Positions 25,790 to 39,601 of a stretch of 64,000 bases of DNA are shown piece after piece; position 1 is the first letter of the stretch; each line of letters opens with the position of its first letter. Both the position numbers and the translations under genes were made by a program. The DNA is from Octopus vulgaris (lineage: Eukaryota), in the NCBI GenBank assembly GCA_951406725.2, contig OX597826.1:28954001-29018000 (forward strand), given 5' to 3'. The notes under the pieces were generated by a model. It searched no databases. It saw nothing but the letters and a program-made list of their open reading frames with translations, and had not been told where the DNA came from.

Positions 25790-25975
25790 GCTATTATTGC
25801 GCGGGAAAGAAGAGGAGCAAGATGTATGTAAGGGACAGCAAAAATTAAGAAGAACTAAGAAGACCTAAAGAGTCTCACTTGATTCTTTTAATAAAAGCAT
25901 TCCTGAGTGGGGAATGAAAATCTAAAGGGTTAATTGGAATGCTGAAATCAGAGGATCACCATATTAGATGTTAGG
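25790..25975 (+). mobile_element. Highly degenerate RTE-like LINE 3' fragment
   Basis: Frames suggest LK.SLDSF...PEW...R.NW..EIRG. Confidence 0.35.
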
Positions 25976-26351
25976 TGAAATTTCCCGAGGAAACACGGTA
26001 AACCCGAGGAAAGAAAAGATGGACCTCTCACCTTTAGAAATAATGACGGCTTCAGACAAATATTACAATAAACCAAAAAGGAGGAAACAATGAAAAATAC
26101 GGAATGAAAACAGGGAAAAAAGGACAAAATAATATATAATAAAATACATACGGTTCTTTAGAGAGAAGAATATGAAGAATTTCAGTCGCGAAATACAAAA
26201 AAATATATATATTAATGAGAAATTCTTCGACAATTGCTTTTTGTCTCTGACATTGAAAGACATAAGGAAAATGGATATAAAGTGTAATAAAATATTAAAG
26301 TAATTCCTGTTGATTTTGCGGGGTGAGGAAAAAAAAAGAATTATATGTTTT

Positions 26352-26560
26352 TTTTATTACCCACAAGGGGCTAAACATAGAAGGGACAAACAATGACAGA
26401 AAAATGGATTAAGTCGATTACAACGACCCCAGTGCGTAACTGGTACTTAATTTATCGACCCCCGAAAGGATGAAAGGCAAAGTCGACCTCGGCGGAATTT
26501 GAACTCAGAACGTAGCGGCAGACGAAATAGGGCTACGCATTTCGCCCGGCGTGCTAACGC
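26352..26560 (-). mobile_element. SINE family B
   Basis: Reverse complement of 33395-33605. Confidence 0.82.
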
Positions 26561-26587
26561 AGTGGCGTGATTTAGTGCTTTAGTAAT

Positions 26588-26843
26588 TGCGTGGCTTAGC
26601 GGTTAAGATGTTGCGCACATGGTAGTAAGACTGTGGGTTCGATTCCTGGACTAGGCGATACGTTGTGTTTTTTTTTTTTTTGTTTTTTTGTTTTTTGAGC
26701 GAAGCATTTCGTTTCGCATTGCTCCAGTCCCACTCAGCTTGCAAAATTGAGTAGCAAGGAACCGGCGTCCCACCTGGCGGAGGAATATATACGCCACGGA
26801 ATCCTGGAAAATGGCCTTGTGAGCCTATAGCTGAGGAAGGACC
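26588..26843 (+). mobile_element. SINE family C-related copy
   Basis: GTGGCTTAGCGGTTAAG..GGTTCGATTCCTGGAC..TTGCTCCAGTCC. Confidence 0.7.
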
Positions 26844-27005
26844 TTTGGTAATTTTGGTTCAATTGTTACCGTGCTGGGCACACAAACATATGTCTGTGGG
26901 TTCTATTCCTAAACAAGGAAATTCTGTTGTCTTTTCGAGCAAAGCGCACCGATTCCCGATGCTTCGGTGTACTCGCCAGAAAATGAGAACCTGCACACTG
27001 CTGTT

Positions 27006-27072
<67 letters not shown>

Positions 27073-27231
27073 TACCACGAATTGGAACATTAGCCCCCTT
27101 GTTCGAGGTATAAGGGCGCCGTTGTGCGTCGATAGTCAGCAAGAAAAGATGTTTTCCTGGGGCTGAAAAAGGGTAACACCGTCCTAATCAGGACTGCCAC
27201 TTTACGTTGGCAAATAGACTTTACTCCATCC

Positions 27232-27283
<52 letters not shown>

Positions 27284-27289
27284 ATAAGC

Positions 27290-27486
27290 ACAAAGCCTGA
27301 AATTTGAGGAAGGCGTTAGTCGATTATATCGATCCCAATGCTAAACTTGCACTTATTTCATCGACCCTGAAAGGGTAAAAAGGTAAAGACGACCTCGGTG
27401 GAATTTGAACTCAGAGTGCAAACACAGACGAAATGCCACTAAACAGTTTGTCTGCCGTGCTAACGATTCTGCCAACCCAACGCCTT
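27290..27486 (-). mobile_element. SINE family B
   Basis: GACCTCGGTGGAATTTGAACTCAG..CTAACGATTCTGCCA. Confidence 0.78.
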
Positions 27487-27842
27487 ATATAACGGAACCA
27501 TGTGGTTGGTAAGCAAGCTACTTACCACACAGCCACTCCTGCTCCTATATATATATATACATACATACATATCATTGTTATTGTGTTAAACTGTCGCATG
27601 TCCAAATTTGGCCAAATGTCTTTTTCTTTCAATATTCATTTTTGCTTGCAATAGCCGATTCTTTTGGTAAAACAATCATTTCTCCAGCTGCTTCAGATGC
27701 CAAGGCATCAAAAACTGTCGAAATGTTGTACATCGGTTTTGCTATGGAATAGTGAAACTACTTTTACACTTTCTGAAAAAGCATCGTTTTCAACATACGA
27801 CACTTTTGCATAATAGCAACGATATATATATATATATATATA

Positions 27843-27881
27843 CAAACTGACAAAGGGCAACTACCCTGAAACTAGTCTCTG
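27843..27881 (+). ncRNA. Hammerhead-like motif (G8A)
   Basis: CAAA-CTGACAA-AGGG caacta CCCT-GAAA-CTAG-TC-TCTG; the unit lies between (TA)n tracts at about 27822 and 28110. Confidence 0.55.
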
Positions 27882-28104
27882 AATGATGGCTTTGTTGGTT
27901 GGAGGTGATTTTCTCCCCTGTTTGAAAACTTAAGGACACAGAACGCTTGTGTCACAGTAAACTAGAAACAGTATTTCTTGGGGCTAAATAGCAGTAACAT
28001 TCTTCCCTTTCCTGGAACTGCCACATTAAGTTGGCAACAAACCATCACTTTATCGTGCTGCTACTGCATAACTCTCTCTGAGAGATTTAGAAATGCAGTA
28101 TTTC

Positions 28105-28204
<100 letters not shown>

Positions 28205-28419
28205 TGTATGTATGTATGTATGTATGTATGTATGTATGTAGTGTTAACGTCTTAAGAATAAGAAAGTTTCGAGAGATCGTCAAACTCCAAAAGGAGATTT
28301 TCAGCCCAATATTTTCATGTTATTCTTTATAGCTTTATGTTCTGTGAGCAGAGGATTCGAACGTGAGCATCTGAGCATTGTTGTTTTTCGTCATCGGAGA
28401 ACATACCCTCTCTTAAGAG

Positions 28420-28660
28420 CAGTGATTCTCAATCATTTTGTTACTTTTATTCTACTGGACCTCATTACCATTCGACGTTTAAGCAATTCCTTTTATACTT
28501 TTAGAATTAAATATTATTTAAGAATTGTTTAAAAGAAATTGTTAAAATCTTTTTTGTGTATCACAGAAATTTAAGGAATTTATTGCGCATAAACTTTAAC
28601 AACAAAATCTTATATGGACCACCCCCTAGTGTCATGTAACTCCCGGTTGAAAACCAGTAC
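28420..28660. mobile_element. hAT-type MITE remnant
   Basis: CAGTGATTCTCAA ... GGTTGAAAACCAGT termini resemble Charlie-type TIRs. Confidence 0.5.
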
Positions 28661-29109
28661 TTTCATAACACGTGACTCACTAGTGTAAGGAAATTTTGAG
28701 ACTCTGTGGTGTTTCAGCCTTAATGTATGTCTCGTCAGTCAAATCTACCCCGCCGGTCTGATGATTCTAACAACGGCACAGAATCTTGTTAGTAATAGTC
28801 TGTTTACCTGTTTATGTTTCAGTCAAGATTTCCAAGAGTGATGTTAGCGAAGGAGGGGGGGTCGCTATCCTCAAACTGGGGCCCTGGCCTGAATACCAGC
28901 AACAGAGTGTACCCCAAGAAGCTAACACATAATCAGTAAGCAAAACAATAGATGAGCCTTCTTCCATCTATCTTTACTTGCTTCAATCACTGGAATACGG
29001 CTTTGCTGGAACACTGTCTTGAATAATTTAGTCGAACAAATCGGCCCCAGGACTTAATGATTTAAAACATTTATTCTGTTGGCCACTTTCACCGAAATGC
29101 TAATTTTGT

Positions 29110-29250
29110 CCAACCAGTCGCCATGATTGACAGCTAACTCCACAAGTCTTTTTAATCTTTCTCAGTTTATTTCCTCGTGTTCCTTTCTGTTGAAGAGCGT
29201 AGGTTCGAAACATAAAAGACTTTCTCACTTTCCCCAGCGTCAAACTATTA
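29110..29250 (+). mobile_element. Diverged solo pLTR of the 52887-55737 PLE family, with CUGUUGA hammerhead at 29183-29219
   Basis: TCGCCATGATTGA..CTTTCTGTTGAAGAGCGTAGGTTCGAAACATAAAAGACTT matches 5113-5228; ends in TA repeats. Confidence 0.72.
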
Positions 29251-29539
29251 TATATATATAAGCATGTTTTAATACATACAAATATACATAGATATTAAAT
29301 ATTTTCATACAATTAAAATGTGTTGAAAAACAGCCAAAATCTCGAAATAAATAACAATTCGTCATCATTTTGGGATTTATTTCTTATTTTGTTCATTTTC
29401 TATTTGTGTATCTTTTTAGTTATTCATCATTTTTATTTTCTGTTTTTTTAATTTTATTTTGTGATTTCCCTGGTTTTGATGCTAACGTTCTTTATATTTT
29501 CTTCTTTTTCTCATCCCCGTTTTTCTTCTGCACTTTCTT

Positions 29540-30025
29540 TGTCGTCGTCGTCGTCGTCATCATCATCATCATCATCATCATCATCTTCTTCTTCTTCTTC
29601 TTCTTCTCCTCCTCCTCCTCCTCCTCCTCCTTCTTCTTCTTCACTGTCGTCTTCGTCCTATATTTTCCTCCCTTTATGTTTTCTTCATCATCAGCATTCC
29701 CTTATTGCCCTTCATTTTCATCATCACCATCATCATCATCAACATCATCATCATCATCATCATCATCCTCATCATCATCATCATCATCATCATCATCTTC
29801 TTTTTCTTCTCCTCCTCCTCCTCCTTCTTCTTCCTCTACATCTTCTTCTTCTTCTTCTTCTTCTTCTTCTTCTTCTTCTTCTTCTTCTTCTTCTTCTTCT
29901 TCTTCTTCTTCTTCATTGTCGTCTTCGCCATGTATTTTCCTCCCTTTATCATATTTCCCTTTATCTTCTTTATCATCATCATCATCATCATTATCATCAT
30001 TTTCCTCTTCTTCTTCTTCTTTTTT
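29540..30025. repeat. Compound trinucleotide repeat (GTC/ATC/TTC/TCC)
   Basis: Directly visible. Confidence 0.9.
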
Positions 30026-32003
30026 CCTCTTTTCTTTCCCGTCTCTTCTTTGTCGTCCTCACTTATTTTTCTTCTATTTCTATTTTCTCGGATTTTTTCC
30101 TCTTCTTCATCCTTCCATCTCCAACTACTATTTCTCCGCCGCTCCTCCTCCACCATTTTCTCCCCATCTCCTCTTCTCCTTCCCCTCCCCCACCCACCCC
30201 CATGCTTTCTCCCACCTCTTCACTTTCACATTTACACACAAATTGTAGAGACATCTCCCCAGAGTACCAAATTCATCGGAAACATTCCCAGAATTGTCAA
30301 ATTATTTCCTTCTGATAAGAGACTTAACATCTTTCGATAAGAACTCACCTTGCTCTCCATCCAACTCTCCCTCTTTCTCCTCTTTTTCTCTAACACTTTC
30401 TCTAACACACACACACACTACACCAGAATATATTCATACGTTACATACTTACACTTGACGCATACTATATACTACCTACACGTACGCAATATGCACACTT
30501 CCCTGCAAGCGCACACTCACATATGATCACACACACACACACACACACACATACACAGACCTGCACATACACACACACACATATATATGTACTCACACAT
30601 AAATATGATGACTGAAAATGGAAATATTCTTAACAACAACTGTCTTAGAATACACACGCACACACACACATACAGATACGCACACACCCACGCACACACA
30701 CGCACGTACATACACGCGCGCACACACACCTACCTACCTATAGGTGTGTGTATGTGTGACTGTGTGTTTCTATGTGTATGTTCTATGTGTGTGTATAGGT
30801 ATGTATACACACGTGCGCTCACGCACACACACACAAGCACACACACGCAGACTCACACACACACACACCTACCTGCCTATAGGTGTGTATGTGTGTGCGT
30901 CTATGTGTGTGCATGTGTGTGTATAAGTATGTATACATACACGCGCTCACGCACACACACAGCGTACGCGCCCACACCTACCTGCCTATAGGTGTGTGTG
31001 TGTATCTAAGTGTGTGTGTCTATGTGTGTCAGTCTCTCTGTGTGTATATAGGTATCTATGTATAGGTGTCTATGGGTGTGTGTGTCTGTGTGAGTATGCG
31101 TATAGCGAACACACACACAGACTCACACACACACATCTTTTTCCTTATTACAATATTGTGTGTATATGTATGTATGTGTATGTATGCATATATGTGATGC
31201 GTATGTATGTATGTATGTATGTATGTGTGAATGTTTGCGTGTATATACATATGTTTAAGTGTGTATGGTTGTGGAGCGTATGTTTGTATTTACGTGTGAA
31301 TGTATGCGTATATGTGTGTGTGTGTATGTGTGCCTGCGTGTGTTTTGCATTTCTCACTTTCTGTATTTGTGTTGCTATTGTTGTCATTATTATTGTTGTT
31401 GTTGTTGTTGTTGCTGTTTTAGTGCTTCGTTTCCCAGCCTTTGACCTATGTCCTGGTCGCCATCTTGTCTGTGACTGATAATATTATAGAAACAAAACGA
31501 ACCAAGAAATAACAACAACAACAAAAACAATTGAAAACAAGCAAAAATCAAAATAATACAAAAACAAAAACAAAACGAAACAAGAAAAGAACGGAAATAT
31601 TAAATAAGAAAGTAATATAAAATTATAAATCAAACAAAAGAATAATAACCAAGACAAAATACAAACTGCAAACAAACAAACAATCAGAAAAACCCCGTTA
31701 ATAAAAGTTTGTTTCCATTTTAAAGTCTGCTGACATCTTGCTCACGTTAACCAATTAAACCGATCCTCTGGTGTTGTGGAGCTCTTCAGTTGCCGAAGGC
31801 TGAGAGCAACCAACTCGAAGTCTTTGGTGGTTATTCTTCTTCGTAGTTAGTTGGCAATGGCAAGGATGTGGATGTTTAGAGTGTTCTACAGCCCAAGGAT
31901 AGTTCGAGAGAGAGAGAAAGAAATAAAGAGAGAGAGAGAGAGAAAGGTGCGATAAAATAAACAAGGCAGCAACAGTAAGAACGAAAACTACAACAACAAC
32001 AAT

Positions 32004-32073
<70 letters not shown>

Positions 32074-32377
32074 GCACCAATAATATAACAATCAGAAGAA
32101 GAAGAAGAAGAAGAAGAAGAAAGGAGAAGGAAAAACCAAACAAACATAAAATATAAAACAAAGCGGAGAACAGTTTTTAGTTGTTTCTTTCTTTAGCGTT
32201 GGTCTTGGAAATTGAGTTTTCTTTTATTCATGTGTGTGTGTATATTTACATATATATGTGTATGTGCGTGTATGTGTGTATGTATATTTATGTGTATATA
32301 TGTGTGTATGTGTGTATGTATGTGTGTGTATATGTGTGTGTATATGTTCATATACATAGATACCCACCTACACGCAC

Positions 32378-32468
<91 letters not shown>

Positions 32469-32849
32469 GTATATATATTATATTAATATATTGATATATA
32501 TGTATGTATATATACATGTAATTCTGTATATGAATATACACATTTATACACACACATGCACACGCACGTATGTATATATTCATAAACATATGCATATATA
32601 CATTACGTGCGTGGGTGTTAACGTGTCTATGCAGACAGACAGGCAGACAAACGGACATGCAGACAGACAGGCAGATAATACATACATACATAGAAAAATA
32701 TATGTATACATATACACGCATATTTTTACTCATTGATTTAGATCGATATTAATTGGCGAGGCGGGGGGTTATTCACGGTTTTCATCTAATTTGCTTTTGA
32801 GTTTGGCCAATTTTGTTTTTATGTTCAACAACAACAACAACAACGGTAA

Positions 32850-33262
32850 TCCTTTCTACACAAGGCAGAAAGGTCTGAGATTTGTGGGGTGGGAATTAGT
32901 CGACTACATCAACCCTGGGGGTGAAACTTTCGACTTCGAAAGGGAGTAAAGCAAACCCGACCTTGTGGAGTTTGGATTCAATACGTGATGAATCGAAAGA
33001 AATGCCGCTAGCGTTTTGTCGGTCGCTCTAACGATTTTAATAATAATCCATTCAACTATAGCTACAAGGCCTGAAATATTGAGTATGGGGGTCTAGTCGA
33101 TTACATCAAACCCAGTGTTCAACTGGTACTTACTTTATCGATCCCGAAAGGATGAAAGGCAAAGTCGACCTCGGTGGAATTTGAACTCAGAACGTAACGA
33201 CCGGCGAAATTCCGCTAAGCATTTCGTCCAGCGCGCTAACGATTCTGCCAGCACAACACCGC
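32850..33262 (-). mobile_element. Two SINE family B copies
   Basis: CCCGAAAGGATGAAAGGCAAAGTCGACCTCGGTGGAATTTGAACTCAG at about 33143, with an older copy upstream. Confidence 0.78.
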
Positions 33263-33372
33263 CCTAGTGCACTGTAATATTTAATTTTAAAGATTAACCT
33301 TTATTTCAAGAGATGATTTGGTAGTATCGCCAGAGCATCGAATAAAATCCCTCGCAATATCTATCCCGACTG

Positions 33373-33856
33373 CAAGGCGGCGAGCTGGCAGAAACATTAG
33401 CACGCTGGGCGAAATGCTTAGCGGTATTTCGTCTGCGTTACGTTGTGAGTTCAAATTCCGCCGAGGTCGACTTTGCCTTTCATCCTTTCGGGGTCGATAA
33501 ATTAAGTACCAGTTACGCACTGGGGTCGATGTAATCGACTTAATACCCATGTCTGTCCTTGTTTGTCCCCTTTGTGTTTAGCCCCTTGTGGGTAATAAAG
33601 AAATAGGTATTTCGTCTGCCGCTACGTTCTGAGTACAAATTCTGCCGAGGTCGACTTTGCCTTTCATCCTTTCGGGGTCGTTTAAATAAGTACCAGCTAC
33701 GCACTGGCGTCGATATAATCGACTTAATCCGTTTGTCTGTCCTTGTTTGTCCTCTCTATGTTTAGCTCCTTGTGGGTAGTAAAGAAATCTTTATGTTTTG
33801 AGTTCAAAACCCGCCGAGGTCGACTTTCGGACCGTGTGCCTAGAGTAGAAAAGATA
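33373..33856 (+). mobile_element. SINE family B (tRNA head + Deu/Nin-like domain): full copy plus tandem headless copies
   Basis: AAGGCGGCGAGCTGGCAGAA..GAGTTCAAATTCCGCCGAGGTCGACTTTGCCTTTCATCCTTTCGGGGTCGATAAATTAAGTACCAG, restarted at about 33606 and 33795. Confidence 0.85.
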
Positions 33857-34161
33857 ATACTGATTCCCACTCCTCGCGCTCAAGGTTCAAGCTCCTCCAA
33901 CTTCTCTTTTCCTCCTTTTGAGGGTGTCGATAAAAAAGAAATTAAAAAATAGAAACTACCCATCTATCCAGGGTGGTGGATTAGCAGCGGTGCAAGAACG
34001 TCGGTCTAAACATTTTACGATATTCGTTCTGGTAGTGTATGTGCGTGAAAGAGAATTGTTCAGTGTGGTTAAAAATGAAGAATCAACAAATTGGTGGTGG
34101 TGGTAGGTAGTACTTTGGTCACTGTGGTAGTCGTAAAGTAAGTATTCGAGTCCTGATTACC

Positions 34162-34328
34162 TGGCTGTGTGAATAGGCGTGGATGTGTGGTAAGGCCTTT
34201 ACTTTCCAGCCACTTGGTTCCAGGTTCAGTCCAGCGTTGTAGTGCCGTAGGTTAAGTGTCTTCTCCCTGGGCCGACCAAGGCCTTGTGAAGTAGATTTGA
34301 TTGACGGAAACCGGAAGAAGCCTGTCAT
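34162..34328 (+). mobile_element. SINE family A, 5' part
   Basis: Head to GGAAACCGGAAGAAGCCTGTC. Confidence 0.72.
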
Positions 34329-34401
34329 ATATATATATATATATATATATATAACGAACGCAGCTATACGCAATATAAATCCGAAAAGGAAAAAATTCAA
34401 C

Positions 34402-34587
34402 TATCACTAATTGTGGGAGAAGGGTGCCGGGTGGCACCTATATTGCTAGAAATAAGTGTTAAAAACTCTTAGAGTCGCAAGAAGGCACATTTTCACATAC
34501 TGAAAATTTTTGCGGCTCTAGGGGTTTTTAGCTCTTATTTCTAGCAATATAGGTGATACCCGGCACCCTCAGTCACAATAAGTAACA
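34402..34587. repeat. Imperfect inverted repeat, ~78-bp arms
   Basis: GGGTGCCGGGT..CACCTATATTGCTAGAAATAAG / CTTATTTCTAGCAATATAGGTG..ACCCGGCACCC; a related single arm at 17175-17280. Confidence 0.85.
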
Positions 34588-35952
34588 ATTGGTTTATGTG
34601 TGTGTGCGTGTGTGTGTGTGATTCAACTATGGTAGTAGCTGAATAATATTCTTAAGGTCGCAATTTATTCCCACGCAGCATCTTTCAGAGCTTATCGCTA
34701 ATTCATTTCTAAACCAAATTGAAAACTGCTAGCATTTTTGAAGAGGACTGGTCCCTAGCTACATTTTGGCATAAAATATTGAGATTTGGTCCAGTAGAGA
34801 AATGTTTACATCAAAATCTGTAGCAACGTTATAGGAGAGTAAGTAACGCTTCCAATCAAGTTTAGATCTAAATAACTTTTTTTTATCTTAAAAGCAAAAT
34901 ATATTTATCTTAGCTTCAATGATAGAAGAAAGCATGGGGAATTTCATAGTTTTGATCCCATGCAACAAAAATTTGTATAAAAAAAGTTGTTAGGTAAAAT
35001 ATCACGAAAAAATATAAGCAAAGCAAAAAATTGGATTTAAGTATAATTAACTTTTTATTTTAAAGACAAACTATGTCTTAATTAAGCTTTAATGATAGAG
35101 CTCAATTCGAGGAATTTCATGGTATCAATCTCATGCAATGAAGTTTTAAAAGAAAAAAGTTATGAGTGTTTGTTTCTCAAATTTGAGGGTGATAATATAG
35201 TTCTATAAGGGGACTTTTAATATATGTCACCGGCGTCATTGAGGTAAGGAAAAATTATCGATGATATCGCTAATTGACACATTTGACACGTTATTAATTA
35301 GAATAATGGCATAGCCAGGGGAAAAACATGGATTACATGGAAAAATACGAGCAAGAGAAATAATATTCTTAAGATTATAAACCTGGAAAAGTTCAGGACA
35401 ACTTATTACATCTGGTAAAGTACAGAGCAAGAAAACCTTTACTTAAAATTTTGCAGCTAAGGATAAAATTTGAATATTAAAAAAATTTTTTGATTTTAAT
35501 TTACAAAGTAACATTATAATTAAAATAGGTACCATCATTTTGTTAAAATATTGACACCCTAGAATACTTCAAAAAAATGAGAGCCAGATGTACCAATACA
35601 AAGTTTTATGCAAAGTACATATTCATTCTGTAAAAAAATTGGGATTGGGTCAAGACTAAAAATGTGAAGACTTGGCAATAACTCAAGCAAATTTTACTGT
35701 AAATTTGTTGTTATAGGTATATTATATAACAAATTTTTGTATTATTCTATTTATTGTACTAGCTACTTATGTACTACTATCATTTTTATAGCCTATTATC
35801 AACTTTCTAATTATTAATTAATAATTAAAAAAATGAATTTTCTAAAGTGCAAAAAATATTTTGAGTTATTTTTAAATTTCAATTTTTAATAGAAGTAATA
35901 ACTTGTAATAAAATATTTCGTTTTTGGATTTGGTTTGCAAGATTCTTTATGC

Positions 35953-36009
<57 letters not shown>

Positions 36010-36061
36010 GATACACACACACACGCACACACACACATATATATATATGTGTGTGTGTGTG

Positions 36062-36405
36062 TGTGAGGAGACCCCCTTCGATCATGAATGACCATGAGAT
36101 TGCACCTAGAAACTTACCCTCCGAGACACAAGTCCGGGCAAGGTTGTTTGTGGAAGGCCAGCAGTCGCCCATGCATACCAGCCGCCTGTCTCCACGCCAC
36201 TGATGTTATCCAAGGGAAAGGCAAAGGGGCCGATACAGCTTGGCACCAGTAATGTTGCAACTCGTTTCTACAGATGAGTGAACTGGAGCAACGTGAAATA
36301 AAGTGCCTTGCTCAAGAACACAACACACAGCCTGGTCCGGGAATCGAACTCACAACCTCACGATCGTAAGCTTAATGCTCTAACCACTGAGCCATACGCC
36401 TTCAC
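36062..36405 (-). mobile_element. SINE family C (tRNA head + CORE + RTE-like tail)
   Basis: Minus strand TGGCTCAGTGGTTAGAGC (A box), GAGTTCGATTCCC (B box), TTGAGCAAGGCACTT, tail GGTCATTCATGATCGAAGGGGG. Confidence 0.82.
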
Positions 36406-36524
36406 ATGCCTCGATATCCGAGTTAAATTGTTCCTGGAGGCCGCTCGTAAAGAGAAAACTCGTAAAGTAGACCAATAATTTCCCATAGTAGCAATGTAAT
36501 AAATCGTAGATGAATGAATAAATG

Positions 36525-37110
36525 GTAGATGGATGGATGGATGGATGGATGGATGGATGAATTCATAGATGGCTAGATGGATGGATGGATGGATGGATGG
36601 ATAGATGGGTGTGTGGATGGGGGGAGGGAGGGATGGGGGGAGGGAGGGAGGGAGGGATAGATAGATGGATGGATGGATGGATGGATGGATGGATGGAGGA
36701 AGGGATAGATGTGTGGATGGACGGAAGGGATGGATGGATGGATGGATGGATGGATGGATGGATGGATGGGTGGGTGGATGGGTGGAGGGAGGGATGGGTG
36801 GAGGGAGGGAGGGAGGGAGGGATAGATGGATTGATGGCAAGATGGGTGTATGGCTAGATGGACGAATGGATGGGTTGATGCCTGGTTGGCTGGCTGGCTT
36901 GATGGATTCATTCATCGATGGCTAGATGGATGGATGGATGGATGGATGGATGGATGGATGGATGGATGGATGGATGGATGGATGGATGGATGGGTGGGTG
37001 GATGGATGGATGGATGGATGGCAAGATGGGTGGATGGCTAGATGGACGAATGGATGGATTGATGGATGGATGGATGGATGGATGGATGGATGGATGAATG
37101 GATGGATAGA
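36525..37110. repeat. (GGAT)n satellite with internal higher-order duplication
   Basis: GGCAAGATGGGTG..TGGCTAGATGGACGAATGG repeated at about 36836 and 37020. Confidence 0.85.
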
Positions 37111-37402
37111 CAACTGCATGGTCAAACAGTGGCTGGCTGGTTCGTCGGTTAGCCGGTTGGCTGACTGGCTGGCTGGTGTGTTGGTTATTTTGCCTCTTTA
37201 TTAAACACATTATTGCTTCGGTGAACTCGGTCACATATTTCTGAGAGATTTTTTTTCGTTTTTGTAGTTTTTCTAATTTTTTGCTTATTTCTTGTTTTAT
37301 TTGTTTTTGTCCATTTATTTATATTTTACTTTCACTTTCGCGCCATGTTTACTGGTTTTAGTTTCTTCCTTAGCTTTTTATAATAATTTCTTATTATTAT
37401 GC

Positions 37403-37477
<75 letters not shown>

Positions 37478-37921
37478 TGTAGCAGCAGTTGTAGTAGTTA
37501 TTCATATTCTTATTGTTTTATTATTTTTATTATAACTTGTAGTAGTAGCAGCAGTAGTAGTTTCCCTAAATAGGTTCGCAGTTCACCTCATAAACAAAAC
37601 AGACACACAAATACGCCAACACATAAACATATACATTGATAAACAAACAGCCAAGTAAACAAATAAACAAACAAACAAACAGACAAATAGATAAATAAAG
37701 ACAAAAATTAAATAAATAACTGGATGTTCCCAAGTCTCCGCTTCCTAATACGAAACGATGTACAAAACGGAAATCTCCGACCATGTGATGGGAAGTGAGG
37801 GACGAGACCGGGTTGCCGGGTCAATTGAATGTACAATTGCGTCTGTTGTAATTTCTATTCTTATCTTGTGATTTGTCGTTATGTTTGTTGTTGTTGCTGT
37901 TGTTGTTGTTGTTGGTGGTGA

Positions 37922-38004
<83 letters not shown>

Positions 38005-38224
38005 TATAAGCATTGTTCCTCGCCATTTTTTTAAATGTTATTTTGTGCTTTTAACGTTGTTGTTAATGTTGTTCTTATTGGTCTTGTTGGTTGTTGTGGT
38101 TCTTATTGGTTGTTGTTGTTGTTGTTGTTTTTGTTGTTGTTGTAAACGGAGTAACTTCTCGAAATAATTGATAACCCGTTCCTCTCTTCAAATATGTATG
38201 CATATGTGCATGCACGTTTTGTTC

Positions 38225-38260
<36 letters not shown>

Positions 38261-38454
38261 GTATGCTTATACGTATGTATATATATATATACATTTGTAC
38301 ATACATACTCACACACACATATACATATACATACATACCTACATAGATTAGTGTGTACGTGCATGTATGCATGCATATATGTATGAATGTGTGAACATAC
38401 GCTTGTGTGTGTGTGAGGGTGTGTCTCTGTATATATATATATGTGTGTGTGTGT

Positions 38455-38495
<41 letters not shown>

Positions 38496-38562
38496 AATTT
38501 TTTTATATATATATACACATATACATATATATATACACACATATATATATATATATACAAAC

Positions 38563-38593
<31 letters not shown>

Positions 38594-39169
38594 CAAACAT
38601 ATATACATATATATATGTATGTATGTATGTATGTATGCATGTGTGTATTATGAATGTATGCTCGCCTCTACGAAAGGTGCTCTGAGGTGCACTACTATTT
38701 TAAACAATTTCGTGCCATCAATTTAAGAAACCGATGGGATTTAGCGAAGAAAATCAAAGTATATATATTGAAAGAGATAAAGCGATGTAGAAAATTGCGC
38801 GGAAGAAATAGAAAGAGGTGAGGGCTGCGAGGGGACGATGGGTTCGCAAGAAGTAGGCAAGGGGATAGAAATGACGGAGATGTGTGCCATTGTCAGTGAG
38901 TGGAAATAAGTGTCCGACAATATATATGCTAATATATCAATATCTTAATTCACATGTTTTGTAATATGAAAAAAAGTACATGGTTAAAATATATAGATGC
39001 GAGCATACATATATATTTATGTATGTGTGTGCATTTATGCATACATATGTAAGTGTATGTGTATGTAAGTTTATGTATTTATATATATGCACACATATGT
39101 AAGTGTATGTGTATGTAAGTTTATGTATTTATATATATTTATAATAATGTGTATGTATATGAACGGGGT

Positions 39170-39383
39170 GTTTGAATTTTTTGTTTCTCCAAGATGTAAT
39201 TCAAAACATGTGTCGAAGAGTCAACTTATGTATTGAAAATGAAGAACAACACTTTCAACACCTCTTATAAAGTTTTTTAAAGTCTTGTAAAGTCTAATAT
39301 ATTCTTTTGTAGTCTTATACCATCTTACAAATACTTATTTTGCAATAAAATGCTTACTGCGGAGGGACTTTTTGAACACCCTG
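39170..39383 (+). mobile_element. Right end of a Tc1/mariner (DD41D-like) element
   Basis: ..RRVNLCIENEEQHFQHLL* followed by a terminal GGGACTTTTTGAACACCCTG. Confidence 0.6.
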
Positions 39384-39552
39384 TGTATATATAATATATA
39401 TATATATGCGTATATGTATATGCGTATATATGCTTCTGTGTATGTTATGTGTATGTGTGCGCGTGTGTGTGTATGATTGTGTGTGTGTGTGTATGTGTGT
39501 GTGTGTATGTGTGTGTGTGTGTGTGCGTGCGCGTGTGTGTGTGTGTGTGTGC

Positions 39553-39601
<49 letters not shown>

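Noticed and set aside
29370-30340. Three overlapping 200-290 aa ORFs
   Set aside because: Trinucleotide repeats are open in all frames; no coding signal
34620-35950. AT-rich block with an internal ~50-bp direct repeat, likely an old DNA transposon
   Set aside because: Termini and superfamily could not be established
36330-36405. tRNA-like sequence with A and B boxes
   Set aside because: It is a SINE head continuing into CORE; no complete cloverleaf
37745-38026. 93-aa ORF MARNNAYKPPPPPTTT with a good start context
   Set aside because: Half is (ACA)n repeat and there is no recognisable domain; cannot be supported without expression data
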